Below the pieces are notes generated by a model. The model did not search any database and was not told where the DNA came from. It worked only from the letters and a program-made list of their open reading frames with translations. Of a stretch of 64,000 nucleotides of DNA, positions 52,403 through 64,000 are shown piece by piece; the first letter of the stretch is position 1; each line of letters starts with the position of its first letter. The position numbers and the translations under genes were made by a program. Origin of the DNA: Felis catus (lineage: Eukaryota); contig NC_058368.1 in assembly GCF_018350175.1 (NCBI RefSeq), positions 182,964,001 to 183,028,000 of the forward strand, in the 5' to 3' direction.

Positions 52403-53658
52403 GAAATTCATCTAAGTTAAAATTTTCTCAGTTTAAATTTCTTCTATTTATACTTAAAAATGATGAATCTGAAACTAGGAGAACTTCACAAACCACACTC
52501 AGAGTTTTAGTGACTGATTACATTTAGTAACAATTTTTAAATTTCTGCAATGGAAAAATATTATAACTAATTTCTTAAAGCTCCATTTCAAAGGAAACAT
52601 CTCAAATAAGTACCAGGTCTTTTGTTTTCATTTTTGTTTTCTTTTGTTTTAGGTGTTATTTCCTAAAGGCCAAAGCATATCACAGAAGAAAGAGGGTAAA
52701 ACTTTCATGAGAAATGTTGGTTAACTTCTAGTTAGAGATCTGTTCAGCCATATGTGCATGCTAGATGAATCACAAGAAAGGGAATAGTTAGCTGGGTAAT
52801 TTTTTTTAATTATTATCATTATTATTATCATTATTGTTACAATTGCTAATATGGTTCATATTGTACGAAATGTTGTGGGTTTTTTTTATACTGTAAGAAC
52901 TCCATTGTCCTGTGTCCTTTCTAAAACATTAATAATAGGGACTTGGAGAAATTATCATATGAAAAAAAGCACTTGAAATAGGTTACCACAGAAGTGCTTT
53001 TCTTTCTTTATTCATGTGACACTAATCAATTTTAAAGTGAACATGCAACCTTCAACTAAATATCCCCATTACTAAGATGGACTTAGCTTTTATGCTATTT
53101 TGTTGTTGTTGCAATTCTTTATAATGGACAATTACAGTATTACCAAGACACAATTTTTAGGTTGTGTACCTTTTTTTTTTTAATCAAAGGAAAAGAAAAC
53201 AATTGGGTCAGTTAATAGTCTACCAGCTTTTATACTAAAGTTCTCTAAGAAAAAGAGTGTTAGGATATGTTCTAGATTATTTTCACATATAATAATAATC
53301 ACATGAACATTATTCTTTTAGGAACCAACAGTAATTCAAACATAAAACAGCAAGGTTAATAAAGTTCCCCATTTGATGCCATTAGTCCTATACAATATAT
53401 TGTGTCTGCTGTCAATTCTATTACCTGGCTTCGTCAAAAGCTTCTATCAGCAACCACTTCTTATATACATTTTTAAAGTAAAACCTTGCCTAAGAATGTT
53501 AGCATTCTGTTCTGCATTTATCATGGAGAAGGAAATAGACAAAACAGGCCAGATGATCTACATTGCAAAAACACAGTTAAGAACAGGATCATTTAAAACA
53601 TCTGAAACTTCAGTAATGCCCTTGAACTTCAATCTCTACATTTTGAAACATTATTTCT

Positions 53659-53860
53659 GGGGTGACTGGGTGGCTCAGTTGGATAAGGGTCTAAATCTTG
53701 ATTTCAGCTCAGTTCATGATCTCATAGTTTGTGAGTCCGAGCCCCCTTTTGGGTTCTACACAGTCAGTGGGATTCTCTCTCTTCCTCCCTCTCTCTCCGC
53801 CCCTTCCCTGCTCTTGTGCTCTATCTCAAAATAAATAAATAAACTTTAAAAATAAAATAT
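53659..53860 (+). mobile_element. Can-SINE
   Basis: ggggtgactgggtggctcag head, CT-rich tract, (AAAT)n tail; TSD unclear. Confidence 0.92.
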
Positions 53861-54759
53861 AATTTTAAAGTAACATGTAAAAAATGAAGAAAGGGAAATA
53901 ACATATCCAGAGTGAAATAAGTCAAAATTATTTCAGATTGTTTTATCTCTAAATTTTAAAGCATGGCGATATGTATGATGGATAAAATGAAAGATAGGGT
54001 TCGAATCCTTTCCTAGTCACTTAGATGTGACCCTGGGCATTTAAATATATGCACAAAAAAAAAGTATCTAGTGTGACATATGAGGGCATGAATCACAGCT
54101 CCTGATGTGGAGTAGTTGGTCAACGGATGTTACCATTTCTTTTCTCTTACATCTGCATATTGTTTATGTCTCTGTTCTTAAAACTTTTTATATTAGACCC
54201 CGGCTTCATCCTTTGTTCTACCTCTATGCCATGCACACACAACCTTCTGCAAATTTATTCATTCTTCTACAATCCCATTGCCCTCGATCCCCAAAATGGA
54301 ACTGCTACACCAGCCTTTTAATTTGGCCTGCTTCTCTACACCTGCTTGCTCAGTCTATTCTGTACTTTTCATCCCAACTAACTATGATGATGGGGCCCTT
54401 CTAAATTATACCGTATGTGTTATTCTCAGAAAAAATAAATGTATTAACTATGTCCCACAAAACTCTGCTCTATGTCCTTTGTCTCAAAAGATCTGCTGCT
54501 TATATCTCTATAAATTTCACTCAACTCAAAGACAAATGTCATCTCCATAAAGAATTTCTAAATGTTTTTAATTTCAAGTAATCTAATCCAACTCTGAATT
54601 TCCAAATCTCAAGATAACATCATTTTCCTATTGTAAAATGCACTATAGTTAATTTGGAAAGTATATAATGGAATATAATAAATTAAAGCTATTTAGAATT
54701 CCACAACTAAAGAATACTTATTATTATGTAGACCTGTATGCCTCTAGAGGAGCAGGCAG

Positions 54760-56760
54760 CCTAGTATATGGATACATGTGTTTATCTGATTATTTTAGGA
54801 TATATATATGTAGACTTAAATTGCTAGGTAGAAACTGTTGAAAAATTCTAAAACTTTTATTATTTAGAAATTTATCTCTAAATATTACATAAATTTATAC
54901 CCCATCAATGATACATAATGACGCCTATAACTTCACACATTTGCCATCATTTGAAGTATATTAAAATGTTTCTGTATTTAAATATTTCAAAATTAAAATA
55001 TTTCCCAAATTAGTAATTTAGAATGTTCCCCCAAAGTTGTTTCAAATTTCATTTCTTTGGTTATTAGCGAAGCTAAATATTTTACCACATGTTTGCCACT
55101 TTATTTATAAATTATATTTTTTTGTCCAATGTTTTCTTCTTAGACTACAATATTTTTCTCAAATCTTAATAATCTCAGAGGGTAAAATACCAAAATATAG
55201 TGAAAATATTTTTTACCAGTTTTGCTTTACAAATGTATCAGTTTAATGTCCAGAAATTCAATTTTTCCTGTAGCTATATATTTAAATATTTTCATTTATT
55301 TTTTTGCCTATGAGTTTATACTTATAAAGCTTTGTTATATTTCAAGATTGGATTAATATTTACTGATATTTTGTTTCTGGTTATTTAATATTTTTTATTC
55401 ATTTTTTCATATTTTACTCTATATCTTGAATTTTTTTGGGGGGTGCATAATGTATACCAGCTGAATTGTCCCCCACCTCCAATTCATTCTCTGATATTCT
55501 TACCCCTAGAATGTAGCTGTATCTGGAGACAAGGCATTAAAAAATGTAATGAATTTAAAATGAGGTCATGGGGGTGGCCCTAATCCAATATGACTGGTGT
55601 CCTTACAAGAAGACCATTTGAAGGAAGGCACAGGAATAATATGGCCATTTGCACACCAAGGAGAGAGGCCTCAGATGAAACCAACAATGCTAACACCTTG
55701 ACTGTGGACTTCTAGTCTCCAAAACTGTGAGGAAATAAATTTTTGTTGTGTAAGTGACCCAATCTATAGTACTTGTATGGCAGTCCTAGCAAATTAATAC
55801 AATATAAGAAAAAAAAATCTAGCTTTACTTCCTGACAAATAAATACACATTTTTCCAACATTCTTTATTTATGATGTTTTTCACCAAAGAATTAAAATCA
55901 TGGAATATATTCACATATATATATATTTTTTTCTTGAGTATTTATACTGTTCTATTAATTGTAGAGTTACTTTATCAAAATTTTAAAATAATGGTTGATG
56001 CAGTTTCTCTTCCTTACACTTTAATTAAAAAAAATGTACTGACTTTTCTTAAGCATTTATATTGAGATACACTTTTGGATTAGGCAATAAAGTTCTGAAA
56101 AATAATATTAATGAGAGTTTGTTTACAATTGCATTACTTTAAAAATTAATTTGAGAATGATGTCTTTAGAATATTGAGTGGGTCTATCAATTAATTATAA
56201 ATGGTTTTATTTATTCAAGTTTCTCTTAGCTGTTTAATATATTTAGAGTTTTCTTCATGTTAGGTCTGTATATATTTCTTCCTATATCTTTTCTTCCTTC
56301 ATTAATTATATATCCAACCATCACAGTGAACAATCTTATTAATTCTCATAACTTGTATAATAAAAATGATAATTTTGACCATCTTTTTATCATATGCACC
56401 AATTTATGCTTTTCTTACTACATTAGATAGGACTTTTATTACAGTGAAACTAATAATAATGATGCCAGAAATATTGTTTTAGGAAAATTCTTGGTCAAAC
56501 ATCAAAACAGATACCCATTTCTTTGGCTGCATTCAATTTACACAATAAGTTTCTTTGATAAATCAGTGAGTAAAAGGTTTATAACTCCAAAAGACAACCA
56601 TCAACCACTGAGTGTGTCAATTATATTTATTTTATTTTCAACTGAAGGTGGCATTAATAATCAGATATTGCCCATATCATTTTTCATATCTTGTTTAATA
56701 AGGATTATTTCTTTGATTGCTTCAGTTGTTGAAGCATTATTGGAGATCCCCCACCATCCT
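54760..56760 (-). mobile_element. Highly decayed L1M(E) ORF2 relic, interrupted by MLT1B
   Basis: Antisense L1-like motifs: taggatatata...aattgctagg, tttcatttctttggttattag, ttgcattactttaaaaattaatttgagaatga, tagataggactttt. Confidence 0.55.
55451..55801 (+). mobile_element. MaLR solo LTR (MLT1B-like)
   Basis: TG...CA; ctgaattgtccccc, taaaatgaggtcat..ggccctaatccaatatgactggtgtcctt, ggacttctagtctccaaaactgtgag, tatggcagtcctagcaaattaataca. Confidence 0.9.
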
Positions 56761-57049
56761 GCTAATACACAAATGCCTGTGCACACACACACACACACAC
56801 ACACCCCTGTGTTTTAGGAGGGCAAACTTAAAAGAAATCCTAGTTAAGTCTCCATGATCATAAAAGACTACATCACTAGAGTCAGTGTGAACTTACTCTC
56901 CTCTCTCTTTTAAAACAAAGAGGATTCATAATTAGGATATCCAACTATGAATTCTACAAAGATCTGATATCATAATTTTGGCGATAACTGTACTGTTTAA
57001 TCTTGTCCTGTTTTTATTGCTCTAACATTTTCTTCATTGGAAAGTGGTG

Positions 57050-57050
<1 letters not shown>

Positions 57051-57090
<40 letters not shown>
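57051..57090. repeat. (TG)n microsatellite
   Basis: Directly visible. Confidence 0.95.
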
Positions 57091-57091
<1 letters not shown>

Positions 57092-57109
57092 CCTATATAT
57101 ATCTTATTC

Positions 57110-57225
57110 CCCTTTCTAGACCAAAAGCTGCTCAGGGGCAAAATTCATGCCTGATGTATCCACTGTTGCCTACTCCAATACCTTCTACACTGTGGAGATA
57201 TTCAGTGAATGCATGATGACTGAAT
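57110..57225 (+). mobile_element. L2 3' end relic
   Basis: ctagaccaaaagctgctcaggggc...tattcagtgaatgcatgatgactgaat. Confidence 0.5.
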
Positions 57226-59485
57226 ACATTTTATTATTCTATTTTGTGACATTTTTATTTACTCAATGCTTTATTTCTAAAAAGTTATAAATTAATCAAT
57301 GTGCTTTTCCCTGTCACTTGTATTAGAAAAAATATATTTACAAAGTGTTCTTAATTGGTTTGTTATATATCTTGAGGGAAGTTTTCTCTTTTTGTTAGTT
57401 CCCCAAACATAGTAATATGAAGAATGTCACTGAATGTTGGGGTAAGGAACATTAATTCCTGCCCCCTAAGATTCATTGTGAGTCAAAGCAGACATTCAGT
57501 AATATTTTAAATATAATTTTTTGAGAGCACTAAAAAGGTCACACATTTCTCTTTTCTATTTTTTGTGTAAAATTATTATATTTGTTTTATAAATTATAAA
57601 TAACTTTAAATTTTTAATAAACTGTATAATCTAAACACATTTGTATGATAAAATTATAATTTTAAATACACTATGCTTACAAAAACTGTGGTAAGCTGCA
57701 TAAGACCAGTCCTCAAAAGATAAATCCGCATTAAAGTGAAACATCATAAAAAATACATGGAAAAATGCAATAAGAAACAACATAATTACTCTGGATTAAA
57801 AAAAACAGCATGGAGTGGAGGAGAATAAAAATCTATCAGGTCCCTAGATTATATTATCTTTATTGTGACAAACTTTAAAAAATTATTATGATTAATTTTA
57901 TTACTCTTAAATAAAATAAAAGTTAAAAATGGACTAAAGGCCTTCCTTTCAGTTTGTTCATTAATATTTGACATTTGACTCATAGGTAAGTCTCTGACCT
58001 GGATACACATAAGAAACATACAGTCTTCTAAAATACAGAGCCCCTACCCTAGATGCCTAGATTTTAATTCAAATAGTACAGACATAAAGTTCCTATGGAT
58101 TATCTGAAAATAATTACAAGAAAGTCAAAGAGCTATTTTTATTTTTCTTATACAAAATGGCCCACTATTTTTTCTTAGCTGTTCGTGGGTTTCAGAAAAT
58201 TGGTTCAAATCTATGAATTATATACAGTAGTGAAGATACCTGTGTAGAGTTTATATATAGCACAAAAAATTGAAATCATTTAACTAACTTTAATCAGTCA
58301 TATAAATTGTCTTAATACTTAAATTAATTTAGAGAGATGTTTCTATTCAGAATCCTTGCAAGTTTCCCCTCTGCTTAGACATCCATCCTTGAAGGTCACC
58401 ATATTAGTTTTCTAAGGGCTTACATAACAAAGTACCACAGACTGGGTGGCATAAACAAAAGAAAATTATTTTGTCCTATTTTAGAGTTGAGAAGTTCCAG
58501 ATCAAGGTGTTGGCTGGATTGGTGTTTTCCAATGTAGATGGCAGTCTTCTTCCATTGTCTTCTCATGGTCTTCCCTTTGTACTTGTCTATGTCTTATTTT
58601 CTCTTTTTTTCTTTTTAATTTTATTTCTTTTTAAATTTTAATTTCAGTGTGGTTAACAGACAGTGGGGTATTAGTTTCAAGTGAACAATATAGTGTGTGA
58701 ACAATTCCATATATTTTACTCAGTGCCCATCAAGGTAAGTGCACTCTTAAACCTCCTCACTTATTTCACCCATCTCTCCACTCACCTCCCTTCTGGTAAC
58801 ACCAAGTTTGTTCTTTATTGTTAAGAGTCTGTTTTTTTGCCTTTGTCCTTTGTTTTGTTTCTTAAACTCCACATATGAGTGAAATCTTATGGTAACTGTG
58901 TTTCTCTGACTGGCTTATTTCACTTAACATAATACACTGTAGCTCCATTCATGTTGTTGAAAATGGTAAGATTTCATTCTTTTTGTGTGTGTGGCTGAAT
59001 AATATTCCTGTGTGTGTGTGTGCGTGTGTGTACCACATCTTCTTTATCCATTCATCTATCAATGGTGACTTAAACCATTTCCATAATTTGGTAGTGCAAA
59101 TCATGCTGCAATACACATAGGAGTGTATATCCCTCCAAATTAGCATTTTTGTATTATTTTGACAAATATATGATAGTGCAGTTACTGGATTATAGGGTAG
59201 TTGTATTTTTAATTTTTTGAGGAGCCTCTATACTGTGTTCCACAGTGGCTGCACCAGTTTACATTTCCACCAACAGCATACATGGGTTCCTTTTTCTCCA
59301 CATCCTCATCAAAACTTGTTTCCTTTGTTTTTTATTTCAGCCATCTGACAGGAGTGAGGTGATATCTCATTGTGATTTTGATTTTTCATTGTCCTGATGA
59401 TGAGTGATGTTGAGCATCTTTTCGTATGTCTGTTGGTCATTTGTAAGTCTTTGGAGAAATGTTTGTTCATGTCTTCTGCCCATTT

Positions 59486-59695
59486 AAAAAAATGTTTATT
59501 TACTTTTGAGAGAAAGAGAGAGAGAGTGTGTGAGTGGAGATGGGGCAGAAAGAGGGAGACACAGAATTCAAAGCAGGCTCCAGGCTCTGAGCTGTCAGCA
59601 CAGAGCCCGACATTGGGCTTAGTTCACAGACCATGAGATCATGACCTGATGTGAAGTCATGAGATCATGACCCAATTGAGCCACCCAGGCACCCT
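59486..59695 (-). mobile_element. Can-SINE nested in L1
   Basis: TSD tcttctgcccattt at 59472-59485 and 59699-59712. Confidence 0.96.
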
Positions 59696-60737
59696 GCATC
59701 TTCTGCCCATTTTTAATTGGATGATTTGGAGAGTTATTATTCATTCATTCATTCATTTAGAATTGTATTGTATAAGTCCTTTATATATTTTGGATACTAA
59801 ACCTTTATTAGTTATACCATTTGCAAATATCTTCTCTCATGCAGTAGGTTGTCTTTTAGGTTTTGTTTGTGTTTCCTTTGCTGTGCAGAAGGTATTTATG
59901 TATGTATGTATATATGTATGTATATATTATGTATGTATTTATGTATTTATTTATGTTTTGATGTAGTCCTAATAGTTTACTTTTACTTTTGTTTTCCTTG
60001 TCTCAGGAGATGTATCTAGAAAGATGCTGTTATGGTCAATGTCAGGAGAGATTACTGCCTGTGCTCTCTTCTAGGATTTTTATGGTTTCAGGCCTCACAT
60101 TTAGGTCCCTAATCCACTTTGAGTTTATTTTTGTGTAAAGTATCAGAAAGTGGTCAAGTTTCATTCTTTTGCATGCAGTTGTCCAATTTTCCCAAAACCA
60201 TGTGTTGAAAGCCTGTCATTTTCCCATTGCATATTCTTGCTTCATTTGTCAAAGATTAATTGACCATATAATTGTGGGTTAATTTCTAGCCTTTCTATTC
60301 TGTTCTATTGATCTATGTGTCTGTTTTTTTGTGCCAGGACCATACTGTTTTGATTACTATAGCTTTGTAATATAATTTAAGGTCTGGGATTGTGACACTT
60401 CAGTTTTGTTTTTATTTTTCAAGATTACTTTAGCTATTCAGGATCTTTTATGATTTCAAACATATTTTAAGATTGTTTGTCCTAGTTCTGTGAAAAATGC
60501 TGTTGGTATTTTGATAGGGATTGTATCAAATCTGTAAGTTGCTCCGAATAGTATAGACATTTTAACAATATTTGTTCTTCCAATCATAAGCATGGAATGT
60601 TTTTTCATTTCTTTGTGTTATCTTCACTTATTTTCATCAATGTCTTACAGTTTTCAGAGTGCAGGTCTTCTCCCTCCTCGGTTAAATTTATTCCTAGTAC
60701 ATTATTATTTTCATGCAATTGTAAAAAGGATTGATTT

Positions 60738-60948
60738 TTTTTAATTTTTCTTAATGTTTATTTATTTTTGAGACATACAGAGCATGAACACGGGAGGGCC
60801 AGAGAGAAAGGGAGACACAGAATCTGAAACGGGCTTCAGGCTCTGAGCGGTCAGCACAGAGCCCGACGCGGGGTTTGAACTCACAGACCGCGAGATCATG
60901 ACCTGAGCCGAATCGGACACTCAACCGACTGAGCCACCCAGGCGCCCC
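60738..60948 (-). mobile_element. Can-SINE nested in L1
   Basis: CpG-rich body; TSD aggattgattt at 60727-60737 and 60949-60959. Confidence 0.97.
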
Positions 60949-62693
60949 AGGATTGATTTCTTAATTTCTATTTCTGCTGCTTTATTATTAGTGTTTAGAA
61001 ATTCAACAGATTTGAGATTTCTGTACATTGATTTTATATCCTGCAATCTTACCAAATTCATTTATTAATTCCAGTTGATTTTTTGGTGGAGTCTTTAGGG
61101 TTTTCTATATAGAGTATCATGTCATGTGCAAATAGTGAAAGTTTTACTTCTTCCTTACCAATTTGGATGCCTTTTTCTCCTGTCTGAATTTTAGGGGTAA
61201 GACTTCCAGTACTATGTTGAATAAGAGTCATGAGAATGGACATCCTTGTCTTGTCCTTGATCTTATGGGGGAGCTCTCAGTTCTTCATAATTGAGCATGA
61301 TGTTAACAGTTGGTTTTGCATACAAGGCCTTTATTATGTTGAGATATGTTGCCTCTAAACCTACTTTGTTGAGGGTTTTTATCATTAATTGATGTTGTAT
61401 TTTGTCAAATGCTTTTTCTGTACCTATTGGAATAATCATATGGTTTCTATCCTTTCTCTTATTGATGTGATGTTATCACGTTGACTTATTTTTGAATATT
61501 GAACCACACTTGCATTCCAGAAATAAATCCCACTTGATCATGGTGAATGATTTTTTCAACGTATTCTTGGTTTTGGCTTGTTAATAACTTGCTGAGGATT
61601 TTTGTACCTAAGCTCATCAAAGATACTGGCCTGTAGTTCTCTTTTTCGTGATGTTTTCAGATGGTTTTGTTTAGGATAATGCAGGCCTCATAGAATGAAT
61701 TTCTTTCCTCTTCTATATTAGAGAATAATTGAGAAGAATAGGTATTAACTCCTCTATAAATGTTTGGCAGAATTCACCTGTGAAACTGTTTCTTCCTGGA
61801 TTTTTGTTTGCTGGGAGGTATTTTGTTTTTGTTTTTTTAAATTACTGATTCAATTTCATTGCTGGTAACTGGTCTGCTCAAATTTTCTACTTCTTCCTGT
61901 TTCAGTTTTGGTAAGTTTTATGTTTCTAGGAATTTATTCACTTATTCATATAATTTTTCATAATATTCTGTTATGATCCTTTGTATTTCTGTAGCATCAG
62001 TCTTATTTTCTCTTTTTATAAGGACACCAGTCATATGGGATCAGGGCTCCCCTAATGACCTAATTTACCTCTGTAAATACACTATGTCCAAATACAGTCA
62101 CATTCTGAGGTACTATGGGTAAAGACCAATATATGACTTTGGGTGGGACACAATTTGGCTCATAACAATCACATTCTTGAAGAAACTTTTTCTGATGTCC
62201 TCATACCATCCCCCATACTCATTCATGTCTCCAAAAATTGCCGTTTTGTAACAGGCTCACATGTACGTTGTTCTCCAACCTTGGTAATATAATCTGTCTT
62301 ATATTAGTTTAAAAAATATATATCCTGAAGGGAAATGGCTATCATTTCTCTTTGTCATTTTCCCTATAGCAATTTTCAAAAATTACATCTATTTCATAGG
62401 GCTGTCATGAATATTATATAGTGTAGGATAACATGGCATTGTGTCTGATACATGATTTGTACTTATAACTCAATAAATAATCATTATTCTTCACCATCTT
62501 ACTCTCCCTCATCTTTTCTTCTCTATTACACATAAACATACACATATACACACAGGCACACATGAAGGACGCACGATTCTAAAAATGTACATTTAATAAG
62601 TGACTACATATCTGCTTAAACTGAATGTGGTAAACATTTCTAATTTTCCTTCAGGGAAGCCACAACATGTTCCATGAGAAGAAAACATAATTC

Positions 62694-62942
62694 GAGGCAC
62701 GTGGATGACTAAGTCAGTTAATCATCCAACTCTTGATTTCTGCTCAGGTCATGCATGATCTCACAGTCATGGTGGGGGGGGGGGGTGTGGGATCAAACCC
62801 TGCATCTGGCTCCATGCTGCGTGTTGTGCCTGGTTGGGATTCTCTCTCTCCCTCTCTCTCTGGCCCTCCCCTGCTCACATTCTCTTTGTCTCTCTTGCAA
62901 TAAGTAAATAAACATTTTTTAAATAGAGAAGTTATTCAAAAG
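62694..62942 (+). mobile_element. Can-SINE (older) with an internal G-run
   Basis: SINE head, CT tract, tail; TSD core aacataattc at 62684-62693 and 62949-62958. Confidence 0.93.
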
Positions 62943-63044
62943 AAGAAGAACATAATTCTTTAAGCTTCCTTTGGATTTTTCAGTCTTTTCTAGGAATGCG
63001 GTCAATGTCCTTATTGACAGAATATTCTTTTTCTAACTAACTTA

Positions 63045-63247
63045 TTTTATTTTTTTAAGTTTAGTTACTTTTGAGAGACAGAGTGCAAGTGGGGAAGGAG
63101 CAGAGGGAGACGGAGACACAGCATCTGAGCAGGGTCCAGGCTCTGAGCTGTCAGCTCCAAGCACAATGCGTGGCTGCCACTCATGAACCACAGGATCATG
63201 ACCTGAGCCGAACTTGGACGCTTAACCAACAGAGCCACTCAGGCCCC
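63045..63247 (-). mobile_element. Can-SINE
   Basis: SINE body; TSD taactaactta / taactaattta. Confidence 0.95.
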
Positions 63248-63269
63248 TAACTAATTTAAATAGATAGCA

Positions 63270-63480
63270 GTATCTACCATTTTCTGAATACAGTTTTGTT
63301 CTTGGCTATGTTCTAGGTACTTCATATACACAACTGAATTTGATATGATAATAATTGTGTATTACAGGTGTTATGTCCAGGTTTTACAGAGTAAAAAGAC
63401 ACACTAAGAGTGATTAAATAATAGAACACATATTAGACAGTGGCAATATTAAATTTTAGCCCAAGCATCTCTGTTGAAAC
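63270..63480 (-). mobile_element. MIR relic
   Basis: atctaccattttctgaata...ttttacagagtaaaaagacac...gagtgattaaata. Confidence 0.5.
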
Positions 63481-63543
63481 TCTGCTGTTGTTACTATTTT
63501 TTTCTTTGACTTAAAACAATAACTGGAACAATGGCAAAATGAT

Positions 63544-63870
63544 TGCACTTGGTTGAATAGTATCCCCTGACAAATTCACATCTATATGAAACATATGCAT
63601 TTGAAATACAGTCTTTGCAGATGTGATCAAGTTAGGATGAGGTTATACTGGATTAGGGTGGGCCCTACATCCAATAGGATCAGTGCCATTATAAGAAGAA
63701 ATTCTGCCTGAAGATTGTAGCAACAACTTCTACTGCAGTTTCCAGCCTGCCAACCTAACCTGTGAATTTTGGATTTGCCAGCCCCCACAATCACATAAGC
63801 CAATTCCTTAAAATAAATCTCTTTAAATATCCTTTTGGTTTTGTTTCTCTCATGAGCCCTGACTGACATA
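63544..63870 (+). mobile_element. Composite LTR: MLT1B/C-like 5' part joined to an MLT2-like 3' part
   Basis: 63544-63698 ggttgaatagt..gtctttgcagatgt..ggattagggtgggcccta (MLT1); 63695-63870 gaaattctgcct..tttccagcctgc..ccacaatcacataagccaattccttaaaataaatc..tgtttctct..ccctgact (MLT2). Confidence 0.75.
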
Positions 63871-64000
63871 TCGATCTCACGAGTTCATTGCCTATTCTCA
63901 GGAACTGTCACATCTCTCCATTTCACCTGAGAAACAAAGAAAGTTTCCCTGTGATGGAGAATGAAAAGGTTGGATAAAATATCTTCTTAGTTATGAAAAA

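Larger units (their letters stand above)
58609..61999 (-). mobile_element. 5'-truncated older carnivore L1 (~3 kb plus 2 nested SINEs)
   Basis: Minus ORF with [31 protein letters not shown] (RT FADD region, here FAHD); PLIDEWIKKMWY; T-rich tail; 18-bp TSD gtcttattttctcttttt at 58591-58608 and 62000-62017. Confidence 0.96.
58400..62167 (-). mobile_element. MLT1B-like solo LTR split by an L1 (halves 58400-58608 and 62000-62167)
   Basis: atattagtttt..cataacaaagtaccacagactgggtggc left half; tataaggacaccagtcatat..ggacacaatttggctcataaca right half; 5-bp TSD gtcac / atcac. Confidence 0.9.

Noticed and set aside
53373..53834. Longest ORF in the track (153 aa)
   Set aside because: Starts at TTG, has no recognisable domain, and its last third is SINE sequence.
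53860..53935. Possible 3' transduction behind the SINE at 53659 (attatttc repeated at ~53927)
   Set aside because: Only 8 AT-rich bases match and there is no second A-tail; too weak.

Overview
Mammalian, AT-rich and CpG-poor genomic DNA, very probably from a cat-family (felid) carnivore, judged from SINEC_Fc-type Can-SINEs and L1_Fc-type LINE-1 3' ends. I see no host protein-coding exon, RNA gene or CpG island, so the window reads as intergenic or deep intronic. Recognisable content is transposable elements and simple repeats: about 18 Can-SINEs (most with target-site duplications, TSDs), one decayed near-full-length L1 (22.7-29.3 kb, minus), three 5'-inverted (twin-primed) L1 3' ends, further truncated L1s, MaLR/ERV solo LTRs, MER5/MER94 DNA transposons and L2/MIR relics. 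The ORF-track entries I could recognise are L1 fragments, SINE readings or microsatellite readings; the rest look like chance ORFs. Repeat family names come from my recollection of consensus sequences, not from a search. I cannot support a new multi-gene system. The best leads are a ~230-bp polyadenylated, TSD-flanked insert with no active-element body inside a MER5 (33575-33828), three inverted L1s with nearby breakpoints, a possible L1 3' transduction, an antisense ORF in the L1 5'UTR at an ORF0-like position, a chimeric MLT1/MLT2 LTR and a three-level LTR>L1>SINE nest with TSDs at every level.
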